Shown in pieces: positions 19,035 to 28,184 of a stretch of 38,001 nucleotides of DNA (positions are counted from its first letter, which is position 1; each line of letters starts with the position of its first letter). This DNA is from Chloroflexia bacterium. Lineage in GTDB: Bacteria > Chloroflexota > Chloroflexia > QHBQ01 > JADMIH01. Position numbers and translations under genes: made by a program. The notes beneath the pieces are model-generated. The model saw only the letters and a list, made by a program, of their open reading frames with translations, was not told where the DNA came from and made no database searches. Location: contig JBBQIC010000003.1 of NCBI GenBank assembly GCA_038324555.1, positions 1 through 38,001 on the forward strand, written 5' to 3'.

Positions 19035-20765
19035 ATGAATAGCAACGGCAGCAAGAGTCTGGTATCACAGATAGTAGAGCGCAATGGTCATAACAGCCAC
19101 ACCAGCGCACACATCGAGCGCACCCTGCTTGGGCAGGTCACGGCAGCTGATACCGAGCGCGGGGTGACGGTCCACCTGCGGCGCGAGCAGCCCGTAGAAT
19201 TGTTGCGCCAGGGGCAGTTTGTGGTCGTAGAGGGCCACCACGTACGCTTCTTCGGCACTATCAACTCCTTCCGGCTGGCGACCACCGACCCTGCGGTGGG
19301 GATGGACCCGCCGGACTCCGGGTCGGCGCTGGTGCGCGACACGCTGTCGAGGGCGGCTACATACGTGGAGTGCAACGTGCGGGCGGCGTTGGAGCTTTCG
19401 CAGGAGGGCACGCCACGCCCGGCGAGGACGATACCGGGGCCGTTCACGCAGGCATTTGTGGCGGGCAGGCATGATTATGAGATCGTCTTCGGCAGTGAGG
19501 ACAAGAGCCACTTTATTATGGGTTCGCCGCGTGAGTTGCCGGAGAGCGAGGCGGCGCAGGCTCCTATTTGCATAAATTTGTCGAGGTTCGTAGAGCGGTC
19601 GAACGGCATATTCGGGCGGTCGGGGACGGGCAAGAGCGTGCTGGCGAGGCTGCTGCTGTGCGGGCTGATAAAGACAAATAGCTGCGTCAACCTCATCTTC
19701 GATATGCACTCCGAGTACGCGAGCGACAAGCAGATGGAGTCGGGGCAGGCGGCGAAGGGGTTGAGAACGCTGTTCGGTAAGGGCCGCGTGGCCCTCTACA
19801 CGATGGACGAAGAGGCGAGCCGCAAGGGCGGAGGGGTGGACGGCACGATACGTATACCGTTGCGCGACATCACGATTGACGATATAGAGGCGCTGGCGTC
19901 AGAGTTGAAGATGAGCGAAGGCTCGGCGGCTATCATTACGGCGAGGCAGGTGTATCGCAAGTTCGGCAAGGGCTGGATCGAGCGGCTGATTGACATGTCG
20001 GCTGAGGACCTGTCTGAGTTCGCCAAAGAGACGGGGGCGCACCAGGGATCACTTGAAGGGCTAAAGCGCAAGCTAGAGACGATAGCCGACCTGGGTTTCG
20101 TTGTGCGCTCTACTCAGGCCGAGGGAACGGGGATTGACGGCCTGATAAGCGACCTGCGGGCGGGCAGGCACGTTATCCTGATGTTCGGCAAGTATCGCGG
20201 CACGCTTGCGTATATGCTGGTGGCGAACATACTGACCAAGCGCATACACGATAAGTGGGTGAAGATGATGGAGGACCACGAGGAGGACTCCGGCAAGCAC
20301 GAGCGACCCAGTCCGCTGATGATTACCATCGAGGAGGCACACAAGTTCCTGGGCAAGGACAGCGCGACGATATTCGGGACGATAGCCCGCGAGATGCGTA
20401 AGTACCTGGTGACGCTGATGGTGATTGACCAGCGCCCGTCTGGGATAGACGACGAGGTGATGAGCCAGATTGGGACGCGCATGACCCACCTGCTAAACGA
20501 CGAGAAGGATATTGACGCGGTCTTCACGGGGGTGCGCGGGGGCAGTCAGCTAAAGGCGCTGCTGGCTACGCTGGATAGCAAGCAGGAGGTGATGGTGATG
20601 GGCCACGCTGTGCCGATGGAGGTGGTGATGCGCGTGCGCTCGTTCGATACGGAGTTTTACAAGAGTTTGCAAGACGGCGGTTCGCAGGTGGCGCGGGAAG
20701 TCGGGGAGAACGTGGTGAAGGCGGAGAAGGGGAAGGTCAAGTTGGAGGATTTGTTTGGGGAGTAA
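19035..20765 (+). CDS. herA: HerA/FtsK-family ATPase (DUF87 helicase HerA)
   Basis: Walker A GRSGTGKS, FDMHSEY, Walker B ITIEEAH, IAREMRKY, DQRP. Confidence 0.9.
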   Translation: MNSNGSKSLVSQIVERNGHNSHTSAHIERTLLGQVTAADTERGVTVHLRREQPVELLRQGQFVVVEGHHVRFFGTINSFRLATTDPAVGMDPPDSGSALVRDTLSRAATYVECNVRAALELSQEGTPRPARTIPGPFTQAFVAGRHDYEIVFGSEDKSHFIMGSPRELPESEAAQAPICINLSRFVERSNGIFGRSGTGKSVLARLLLCGLIKTNSCVNLIFDMHSEYASDKQMESGQAAKGLRTLFGKGRVALYTMDEEASRKGGGVDGTIRIPLRDITIDDIEALASELKMSEGSAAIITARQVYRKFGKGWIERLIDMSAEDLSEFAKETGAHQGSLEGLKRKLETIADLGFVVRSTQAEGTGIDGLISDLRAGRHVILMFGKYRGTLAYMLVANILTKRIHDKWVKMMEDHEEDSGKHERPSPLMITIEEAHKFLGKDSATIFGTIAREMRKYLVTLMVIDQRPSGIDDEVMSQIGTRMTHLLNDEKDIDAVFTGVRGGSQLKALLATLDSKQEVMVMGHAVPMEVVMRVRSFDTEFYKSLQDGGSQVAREVGENVVKAEKGKVKLEDLFGE

Positions 20766-20811
20766 AATGTTTCCCATACCCAAGTCTGAACGCTTACCTG
20801 TGCTTGTATGA

Positions 20812-20840
20812 TTGACACTTTGCAATGACTGCGATACAAT
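20812..20840 (+). promoter_or_regulatory. sigma70 promoter of the vapBC operon
   Basis: TTGACA-17 nt-TACAAT. Confidence 0.7.
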
Positions 20841-20875
20841 GAGGACACGTATGTGACTACTACAAGTATGAAGGG

Positions 20876-21142
20876 GTGGAGCAAATGCAAACTATCGGAA
20901 TTAGAGAGTTTAAGGCGCATCTAAGCGAAGTGCTGCGCGAAGTGGAAGAGAACGGGAAGATAATAGACGTGACCAACCGAGGCGAGGTAGTTGTCCGCCT
21001 GGTGCCAATGCGCCGCCACAAATTGAGCGAACAGCAGGTGAACGCCATAGTAAGCGACTTGGACGCGATGGCAGACGAACTAGCCGAGCATTGGCCGGAG
21101 GGCGTGAGTGCACAAGACGCAATTGACGACGTAAGGCGTTAG
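20876..21142 (+). CDS. Phd/YefM-family antitoxin
   Basis: IGIREFKAHLSEVLREV...VTNRGEVVVRLVP. Confidence 0.9.
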   Translation: MEQMQTIGIREFKAHLSEVLREVEENGKIIDVTNRGEVVVRLVPMRRHKLSEQQVNAIVSDLDAMADELAEHWPEGVSAQDAIDDVRR

Positions 21143-21147
21143 CCTAG

Positions 21148-21579
21148 ATGTTGCCTTCGTATACAACCGTTGCTGTCGTTGCTGTAGATGCCAGCGCATG
21201 GGTCAGCCGAATACTAGCAAGCGACGACAACCATGAGGCAGCCAGCGCATGGTTGGACAAGCATATAGCCGACGGCGGGAGTTTGGTGGCCCCGGAGTTG
21301 TTGGTGGTTGAGGTTGCGGCGGCTATCGGACGGCAGACTGGGCGTGCAGCAATGGCGCGACAGTTCGCCCACAGGCTGTACGATTTGCCCATAATGAGTT
21401 TGGTGCCTACTGACACAACTTTGTTGAAACAATCGGCAGATATGGCCGCGTCGCTCAGGTTGCGAGCGGGGGATGCGATATACGCGGCGGTTGCTGCTCA
21501 GTTAGACGTTCCGTTAGTGGCGTTCGATAAAGAACTGCTGGTTAGAACGGAAGGTGTGATTACGACGATGCGGCCTTGA
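21148..21579 (+). CDS. vapC: PIN-domain (VapC) toxin
   Basis: VDASA, EV, LRAGDAIY, FDKEL acidic tetrad. Confidence 0.88.
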   Translation: MLPSYTTVAVVAVDASAWVSRILASDDNHEAASAWLDKHIADGGSLVAPELLVVEVAAAIGRQTGRAAMARQFAHRLYDLPIMSLVPTDTTLLKQSADMAASLRLRAGDAIYAAVAAQLDVPLVAFDKELLVRTEGVITTMRP

Positions 21580-21601
21580 GATAGAGTTCCCTTACCCGTT
21601 C

Positions 21602-22000
21602 CTACAAACGAATCACAAGTTTGCACTGGCGACGTAGCAAAACACGAACTTCGTTGTCTTTCTCGCCTGGCACGTCCGTATGCGCTCTATTATCAGGCGT
21701 CGGCGTGTGTTCGACAGACTGTCTGGGTATTTCGCGTACATTGCCAACTATGAACGCGCCAACAGCATTATCTTCAGGGTTCTTCCCGTACATAGCAACC
21801 TCATCCCGCGTCTGCTCTGCTGTAGAGTATTTGGACCAATTCGTAGACATACCGCCGCCATGGTTTTGGAAGGCTTTGGGGATAATTTTGTTGTCCTCAT
21901 CAAACCAGGTGCGATGAATACGCATATAAAGCGTATCTTCGTCAGGAATGTGCTCTTTGGGCCAGCCTGTTAGTACTTCGCCAACCACAAAAGCAACCAC
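21602..22000 (-). CDS. small putative ADP-ribosyltransferase-fold toxin (start uncertain)
   Basis: LYMRIH...F...GMST...HTP...NRAH pattern resembles the R-S strands of ART folds; overlaps the upstream partner gene. Confidence 0.5.
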   Translation of the reverse strand: MVAFVVGEVLTGWPKEHIPDEDTLYMRIHRTWFDEDNKIIPKAFQNHGGGMSTNWSKYSTAEQTRDEVAMYGKNPEDNAVGAFIVGNVREIPRQSVEHTPTPDNRAHTDVPGEKDNEVRVLLRRQCKLVIRL

Positions 22001-22419
22001 TCTGCGTCTGCTGTAGTTTGTAATGTACCTTTTGTCGTGCTGCGAGGGGAGTCGCCGTAATATGTGATGGGGTCTGCCGGGTCAGGTGGAATAGTGACCA
22101 GCAATTCATGGTCGTCAACTTCCCAGTGGATGTCAATGCTTCCATTAGGACCCGGCAGTATCTTTGGAATATCCATTACGGTTGAGTACATGTTCCAAAG
22201 GCGTGTCGCGTTGCTGGTTAGAAACTCGGCTGCTCGCTCAAATGTAGCCGCTTCGTAAGGCTCGCTCCCCTCTCCGTCCCAATTATCCGCGAGGCTCAAA
22301 ATCCTGTGTGTAGCCTTCTCAATGGTAGTTTGAAGCTGCACGAGATGCTCTGGTTCGGTAGAGATTCGTGCGAGTGGAGCAACATCTTTTAGAAGGTTCA
22401 AGCGTCGTCTTATCGCCAT
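21970..22419 (-). CDS. hypothetical protein, putative antitoxin partner
   Basis: L-x-DNWDGEG...A-x-FL...P-x-I-x-P-x-x-NGSI-x-I-x-W pattern; AAGGA RBS; overlaps the next gene. Confidence 0.6.
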   Translation of the reverse strand: MAIRRRLNLLKDVAPLARISTEPEHLVQLQTTIEKATHRILSLADNWDGEGSEPYEAATFERAAEFLTSNATRLWNMYSTVMDIPKILPGPNGSIDIHWEVDDHELLVTIPPDPADPITYYGDSPRSTTKGTLQTTADAEWLLLWLAKY

Positions 22420-22543
22420 TTTCTTATCCTTGCTTGTTCCATTTGAACGTCAGTCCTATATAACCTATTATACCCTGTCATACAGTATTATAGCATAACG
22501 CCATCTAGAATTATCACTTTGCAGGGTTCCACGCGAAACGTAG

Positions 22544-22586
22544 ACAAGTGCAGAAATGGCAGCGTTATCTGCCCTTCTGCACTTGT
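22544..22586. terminator. hairpin downstream of the 22603-23892 gene
   Basis: ACAAGTGCAGAA...TTCTGCACTTGT. Confidence 0.5.
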
Positions 22587-22602
22587 TTATAACGTGATAG
22601 AT

Positions 22603-23892
22603 CTATTTAGAGAGTGGGTTCGGAACAAGATCCTTGAGCGGCTGTTGTAGCATGAAGCCGATCACAGGGCAGTTGATTACGAAACCCGCCGAACCGTATG
22701 GCATACCATCAGGCCCGGTTATCAGGCCGTCTACGGCGAGCTTGAGTATCTGGTTCTCGTCGTTCTGGCGCTTGTTGAGGCCTTTGGCAATTGCGTCCTT
22801 CGTCCACACTCCTACCTGCGCGTCCCATAGCGGACTGTAGGCATTGGCGTGGCGTGGGTCGCCCTGGGTGGGGAAGTCGCCTTGGGTGTTGAGCGCATCG
22901 CCTCCGTTACGCAGGGCCGCTATCAGCGCGGTGTTGTCCACGTTAGCGTCCTGGTCGCCATAGGCGTCAAGAATAGTATGGGCGAAACCCTGGGCCTGCG
23001 GATTGTCCCTGCCGGTCTGCCCATTAGCGAATGGGAAGATGCGTTCCCGCGCCGAACCGAGGAAGTCATCGCCGCCGAGGAAAGGAGCATTTTTGAGCAA
23101 TGGCACGAAGACAGCGCGCTCTATGGCTGCGGCCATTGGATCAGACGCCTCGGTGCTGAGGTATATGATAGGTTGCCCCGAGTCAAAGCCCCGTATGAAG
23201 AGCATGTCCACTTTCTCATCGCCCGGCTTGAGGTCTACGTTCATAGCGCGGTCAGAGGTGTTGGTGTGGTGCGTGACGTCGAATCCGCCATCGCCGACCG
23301 CCACAATAGGGGCGTTGTAGATGACGGTAGAGCCTTGTATGCGGATAAAGGGGCTATATTTCGCATCGCCTACCGCGCCAGGTTGCACAGCGGCGGGCGG
23401 GAAGCCTGTAGGCCCGGGGCTGAGTACGCGCATGGGCGAGAAGTCGGGAATGCCCTGGAAGTTTACGATGGCGTCGTTGAACTTGTTATCAGCGGGTACT
23501 GTAAGAGTAACCTCTTGCACACAAGCGGGGCAACCGATAGCCATGTTGGCAAGCTTAGGGGCGTAGTTGACGTCGAGATCGTGCGCCAGGCCAAAATCGG
23601 AGGCGTCGGTGATGATAAACCACACGGTCTTGCCATTGAAGTTGCCTTTGTGCAAAGGCAGCGCAACTATCTCTTTGTTCAGGTCTACAAGCTTGGTGCT
23701 ATTGATAGTGAGTTTGCTTGTGGGCAGGTATCCGGTGTTCGGTCCAGACGAGGTGGTTGACGCCGCCCGCGCAGGGGCAAACGCCTCCGTCGGCCCGGCC
23801 AGCGACTGGCGTGACAGGGCCAACGAGCCGAGTACGATCAGTGCAGCTACAGCTAAAAGTAAGGTGCGTGTGTAATTTGTATTGGGTTTCAT
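22603..23892 (-). CDS. secreted protein of unknown function with an internal duplication
   Basis: GGAGG RBS, signal peptide; repeated motifs FIITDASD/YLSTEASD and YSPF/YSPLW; C-terminal INCP. Confidence 0.75.
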   Translation of the reverse strand: MKPNTNYTRTLLLAVAALIVLGSLALSRQSLAGPTEAFAPARAASTTSSGPNTGYLPTSKLTINSTKLVDLNKEIVALPLHKGNFNGKTVWFIITDASDFGLAHDLDVNYAPKLANMAIGCPACVQEVTLTVPADNKFNDAIVNFQGIPDFSPMRVLSPGPTGFPPAAVQPGAVGDAKYSPFIRIQGSTVIYNAPIVAVGDGGFDVTHHTNTSDRAMNVDLKPGDEKVDMLFIRGFDSGQPIIYLSTEASDPMAAAIERAVFVPLLKNAPFLGGDDFLGSARERIFPFANGQTGRDNPQAQGFAHTILDAYGDQDANVDNTALIAALRNGGDALNTQGDFPTQGDPRHANAYSPLWDAQVGVWTKDAIAKGLNKRQNDENQILKLAVDGLITGPDGMPYGSAGFVINCPVIGFMLQQPLKDLVPNPLSK

Positions 23893-24206
23893 TGTTGTTC
23901 CTCCATAATTTGATATTATCTGTGGCGTTGCCCAGGAATTGGGCATGATACTCACCGATTTTCAGTCTGCAAGTATCATGCCGGAGTCAGCTTTTAGTAC
24001 ACTTAGAATCATTACAAAAGTATTACATCTTTATGTGTCAATTTGTGTAAGTTGGGTAGATATGAAAATGGTAGTTGGGGGTCATATCAATGTTGAGAAT
24101 GTCAGTAACTCACGTTACGCAACCAGGCAATGGGACAATTGGTTGGGGCAAGAGGGCGCGATAAATCACGCCCTCTTGCCTTACCTGCCAACCTACCATT
24201 CTTTCC

Positions 24207-24236
24207 TTGACACATTCGTCTGATTTGCATTACAAT
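24207..24236 (+). promoter_or_regulatory. upstream sigma70 promoter
   Basis: TTGACA-18 nt-TACAAT. Confidence 0.6.
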
Positions 24237-24404
24237 CGTCCTATTCAGGCTGTTGAGTTGCTGTCTAATATTGCCCGTTGGAGTTGCACTCTCGGCCTAG
24301 GAAACGTGAGTTCAAGAGTAGGTTGCCTTTCTATTCCTCCGCTCACGTAGGGGCGTGGCTTGATTTCGTTGGAAGCTCTCTGTACGAACTTAGTGTTGTG
24401 CTTA

Positions 24405-24433
24405 TTGACAATCGCAAAAGCCGGTCCTATAAT
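24405..24433 (+). promoter_or_regulatory. perfect-consensus sigma70 promoter
   Basis: TTGACA-17 nt-TATAAT. Confidence 0.85.
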
Positions 24434-24577
24434 GAGCAAGCCCAGTACAGTTACCCCCGTACCACACACCTGCTTGGGTGTCGCCGTACCATTTCGCTGT
24501 GCTTTTATCTACATCATCGCGGCATGTTTTGTTAAACCTCAGTTTACTATAGAAGGCAACTAGAAAGGCTTATATCA

Positions 24578-26767
24578 TTGAGCATCATTCGATTTAGAGG
24601 CAACGAACGGCTGTGGGTACTGCTGACTAGCGTGTCACTCGCCGTACTGGTTGGCGTTGTTCTCTTCTCTAATAGCGCGCAGGCAAGCATATCGTCTGGG
24701 GGCAGCGTATCAGTGCCTGCCGCACAACTGCAAGAGGTACAGTATTCGTCCGGCTCCGGCGGCAACACGCAACAGAAGGTGGCCTCCGGCAAAGCAGCAG
24801 GCGGGGCTACCGCCACACCTACCTGCGGACCGGGCTATAGCTACGCCACATCTACAGCTACAATCGTGCCAGGCGTGGACGACATTGGCAACCACTGCGA
24901 CGATTGCACTACTATTATTACTCTGCCGTTCGCTTTCACCTTCTTTAGCACTTCATACATCACCGCTACCGTAAGCTCTAATGGTAACTTGCAGTTCACA
25001 ACTGATAACGATACCCAGTATAACGACTGCTTGCCTACTACTACCATACCGGGACCTGCCATCTTCCCACACTGGGACGACTTGCGTACCGATGCTTCAA
25101 ACCCCAGCCCTTGCACGCCAGGACCGTGTGGCATCTACACATCGGTAAGTGGGAGTGCTCCCAATCGGATATTCAATATCGAATGGCGCACCAGCTATTA
25201 CTCTGATCCAGGCAACGCTTATTTTGAGATACTGCTGTATGAAGGCTCAACTGGCCCTAGCCGCTTTGATGTAATCCTGGGCACGTTAGACGGCGGCGCG
25301 GCGCTCGCCACCATCGGCCTACAAGATGGGACTGGCGCATTCACTCCGTTCTCATGCAATAGTTTTGTTCACGACAACACCCAGATCGCTTTCACATACT
25401 CTACAAGCTGCGTGCCTACCTCTACAAGCACTCCTACTCCAACAATATGTGTGGACTGCACTTCTACGCCGACGCCTACTTACTCGACGGATTACAGATA
25501 CAGCACCTCCACAGCGTCTATTGTGCCAGGCACAGATGACACAGGCAATCACGGCGATGAAGTAACGACGACCATTGCGCTTCCCTTCCCATTCCAGCTA
25601 TACGACCAAAGTTATACTAATGCGACTGTAAGCTCCAACGGTAACTTGCAGTTTGTGACGAGTGAAAACAACTACTTCAACAGCTGTTTACCTTACGCAC
25701 TACTAGGACCGGCCATCTTTCCGCATTGGGACGACCTGGTCACGGATGACACGGGCGCCTGCACCCCAGGACCGTGCGGTATTTACACATCGGTGAGTGG
25801 CAATGCTCCTAATCGAGTATTCAACATTGAATGGCGCGCATCCCTCTTTCGTGATTCTATCAGCGTCAACTTCGAGATACGACTGTATGAAAGCTCGCCT
25901 AGCCAATTTGATATAATCCTGGGTGCGATAGGGGGAAGTGGAGGTAGCGCCACCATAGGCGTGCAAGATGGGGCTGGAGCCTTCACCCAATTCGAGTGCA
26001 ACACATCAGGAGGAGCTCCAAACAACACCAGGATCGCCTATATCTGCGATAGGTGTGTTCCTCCTCAGCCAACCAACACTCCCACTAATACGCCCATCAA
26101 CGGGCCAACCAACACACCCACAGCCAGGCCCACGGTTCCGGCCTGCGATGTTAACTTTGCGGACGTGGCATCGGACAACAACGCTTTCGCTGCTGTGAGG
26201 TATCTGTACTGCGCTAACGCTATCTCCGGCTATACCTGCGGAGGGAAAGACGAGCCTTGCCCTGGTCAGTACTTCCGCCCGAACAACGATACTACCCGCG
26301 CCCAATTGTCCAAGATAATCGTGCTGGCGCTTGGGTGGCAGATAAATACTTCAGGCGGGCCACACTTCCAGGATGTGCCGTCTGATAATGTCTTCTATAA
26401 CTTCGTGGAGACGGCGGTAAATCACGGCATTATCTCAGGGTACGACTGCGGAGCAAAAGACGAGCCTTGCCCAGGTCAGTACTTCCGACCGGGCAATAAC
26501 GTAACCAGGCTACAGTTGTCTAAGATAATTGTGCTGGCAATGCAGTGGGCGATAAACTCTCCAAGCGAGCCGCACTTCAAGGATGTGCCGACAGATAATG
26601 CGTTCTATGGCATAATAGAGACGGCGGTAAGCCACGGCATCATCTTCGGGTATGACTGCGGAGCGCGAGGTGAGGCTTGCCCAGGCCAGTACTTCCGTCC
26701 AGGCAACAACGCCACGCGCAGCCAGATTAGCTTGATCACGTATCGAGCGCTCACGAATAACCCATAG
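24578..26767 (+). CDS. secreted protein with two tandem NIDO-like domains and three SLH domains
   Basis: Signal peptide; duplicated ~220-aa unit LPF.F......Y..ATVSSNGNLQF...IFPHWDDL; SLH motifs ISGY...FRP..N.TR.Q. Confidence 0.8.
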   Translation: MSIIRFRGNERLWVLLTSVSLAVLVGVVLFSNSAQASISSGGSVSVPAAQLQEVQYSSGSGGNTQQKVASGKAAGGATATPTCGPGYSYATSTATIVPGVDDIGNHCDDCTTIITLPFAFTFFSTSYITATVSSNGNLQFTTDNDTQYNDCLPTTTIPGPAIFPHWDDLRTDASNPSPCTPGPCGIYTSVSGSAPNRIFNIEWRTSYYSDPGNAYFEILLYEGSTGPSRFDVILGTLDGGAALATIGLQDGTGAFTPFSCNSFVHDNTQIAFTYSTSCVPTSTSTPTPTICVDCTSTPTPTYSTDYRYSTSTASIVPGTDDTGNHGDEVTTTIALPFPFQLYDQSYTNATVSSNGNLQFVTSENNYFNSCLPYALLGPAIFPHWDDLVTDDTGACTPGPCGIYTSVSGNAPNRVFNIEWRASLFRDSISVNFEIRLYESSPSQFDIILGAIGGSGGSATIGVQDGAGAFTQFECNTSGGAPNNTRIAYICDRCVPPQPTNTPTNTPINGPTNTPTARPTVPACDVNFADVASDNNAFAAVRYLYCANAISGYTCGGKDEPCPGQYFRPNNDTTRAQLSKIIVLALGWQINTSGGPHFQDVPSDNVFYNFVETAVNHGIISGYDCGAKDEPCPGQYFRPGNNVTRLQLSKIIVLAMQWAINSPSEPHFKDVPTDNAFYGIIETAVSHGIIFGYDCGARGEACPGQYFRPGNNATRSQISLITYRALTNNP

Positions 26768-26783
26768 TCGACGGTGCAAGGTT

Positions 26784-26811
26784 GAAAGGGCTAGACATAC
26801 CTAGCCCTTTC
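26784..26811 (+). terminator. intrinsic terminator
   Basis: GAAAGGGCTAG-acatac-CTAGCCCTTTC. Confidence 0.6.
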
Positions 26812-26864
26812 GACAACGGCAAATAGATATTTATCAATGAAAACATAGAGGTTAGGTACAAATT

Positions 26865-27458
26865 ATGGAAGGAATATGGCTGATCAGTTATATAGTGCTT
26901 TGGGCGCTGGTTATAGTGCTGATCCTATTGGTGATATTGCTCTATCGCCAGTTGGGGATAATGTATCTGGGCAGCGCGGAGGGCGTGTCGCGGGACGGCC
27001 TGACGCCGGGCGTTAAGGCCCCCGACTTTAGCTTGAAGGACCAGTATGACAATCCGCAAAGATTGAGCGACTATCGCGGTCGCCCTACAGTGCTGCTGTT
27101 CGGCTCTCCGCACTGTAGCCCCTGCCGCATCTTGCTACCCCAGCTGCACGACTGGTCTAAGGCACACCCCGAGGTCGGGGTGCTATGGCTCAACGCAGCC
27201 TCGGAGGAGGAGAGCCTCAAATTCGTATCCGATACAGGGTCCACACTACCCATCGCGCCCTATACCCCCCAGGAGAACCTCATGGACAAGTATAAAGTGC
27301 GCGTCACACCGTTCATGTTCCTGATTGACGAAAGCGGCGTCGTGAAGGTAAAGGGCCTGGTAAACACCAAAGCCGGTATGGACCTCTATTACAAAGAGTT
27401 CAAGGACATCAAATCCGGCAAACAACCTGAGCAGACTGTAGCGCAAGAGGCAAGCTAA
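26865..27458 (+). CDS. MauD-like membrane-anchored thioredoxin-fold protein
   Basis: N-terminal S-x-x-x-LW...L-x-RQLG-x-x-Y helix typical of MauD, G-x-x-APDF, F-x-SP-x-CSPC-x-x-LLP, TPF. Confidence 0.8.
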   Translation: MEGIWLISYIVLWALVIVLILLVILLYRQLGIMYLGSAEGVSRDGLTPGVKAPDFSLKDQYDNPQRLSDYRGRPTVLLFGSPHCSPCRILLPQLHDWSKAHPEVGVLWLNAASEEESLKFVSDTGSTLPIAPYTPQENLMDKYKVRVTPFMFLIDESGVVKVKGLVNTKAGMDLYYKEFKDIKSGKQPEQTVAQEAS

Positions 27459-27518
27459 TCGCCCTCACGCTGAACCGGGCGCGCTACGTCGGCAAACGTG
27501 GAGACTTGCATGAGTTAC

Positions 27519-27588
27519 TGACGATAGACGATAGACGATAGACGATGGACGATGGCGATTAGTTACCATCGTCCATCGTCTATCGTCA
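27519..27588. repeat. GACGAT(A/G) heptamer palindrome
   Basis: Five direct and three inverted units. Confidence 0.85.
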
Positions 27589-27638
27589 ATAATCCACGCA
27601 GCCTCACTTATTATCTAACAGTTGCAAGGAGGTTCTAC

Positions 27639-28127
27639 ATGATCGAAAGGGCGACACGTATTATCAGTGAAAACCTGGCCCGCGCCCTGGATAGGCGCGC
27701 TTTTCTGAGGCGGGCGGGCGAGGTCACATTCGTGGGGATGGCGGCGCTTGCGGCAGGGCGCATCACCCCCGCTCATGCCATGGCAGGCGTCGGTGGACAG
27801 CCGCCACAGCCTGTGCCCCTGGTGCCGCGCTGCGCTCCCCCAGGCCCATACTGCAACCTGAACGGTGTGAATGAGCCGAACGGCTGTCACGGCGCTTCAT
27901 GCTTCCAGCACCGCAACAGCAGCCAGGTTGTCCAATGCACCTATTACTACATCTACCAGGCGGGTTGCTGGACGACCCCCGACCCGGCCATCGGCGGATA
28001 CTGGACTTGCTGCGACTGCCGGTGCTCGGACAACTCGACTTGCGGCTGCGCCCAGCACAGTTCGCAACCGATACCGCGACCCGACGGGCCACAAGGCGGC
28101 GTTGGCATCGGCGGCGGCAAGGGGTAA
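27639..28127 (+). CDS. Tat-exported cysteine-rich protein (12 Cys, 2 Trp), possible distant relative of the methylamine dehydrogenase light chain
   Basis: AAGGAGG RBS; LARALDRRAFL twin-arginine motif; AHA cleavage site; CW...YWTCCDCRC...CGC; follows the mauD-like gene. Confidence 0.75.
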   Translation: MIERATRIISENLARALDRRAFLRRAGEVTFVGMAALAAGRITPAHAMAGVGGQPPQPVPLVPRCAPPGPYCNLNGVNEPNGCHGASCFQHRNSSQVVQCTYYYIYQAGCWTTPDPAIGGYWTCCDCRCSDNSTCGCAQHSSQPIPRPDGPQGGVGIGGGKG

Positions 28128-28134
28128 AGTTGAT

Positions 28135-28184
28135 TGGACGATGGACGATGGACAAAGGCCGCATCGTCTATCGTCCATCGTCCA
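28135..28184. repeat. GACGATG heptamer palindrome
   Basis: tggacgatggacgatggac...catcgtctatcgtccatcgtcca. Confidence 0.85.

Noticed and set aside
17079-20765. HerA operon as a Sir2-HerA or Nezha-type antiphage system
   Set aside because: The partner is NurA with a HAS-barrel protein, the housekeeping repair arrangement; no defence effector is adjacent.
22849-23760. 303-aa plus-strand ORF and other long overlapping ORFs (e.g. 816-1592, 7171-7881, 29480-30187)
   Set aside because: They are antisense or alternative-frame shadows of well-supported genes in GC-rich DNA, with no recognisable motifs.
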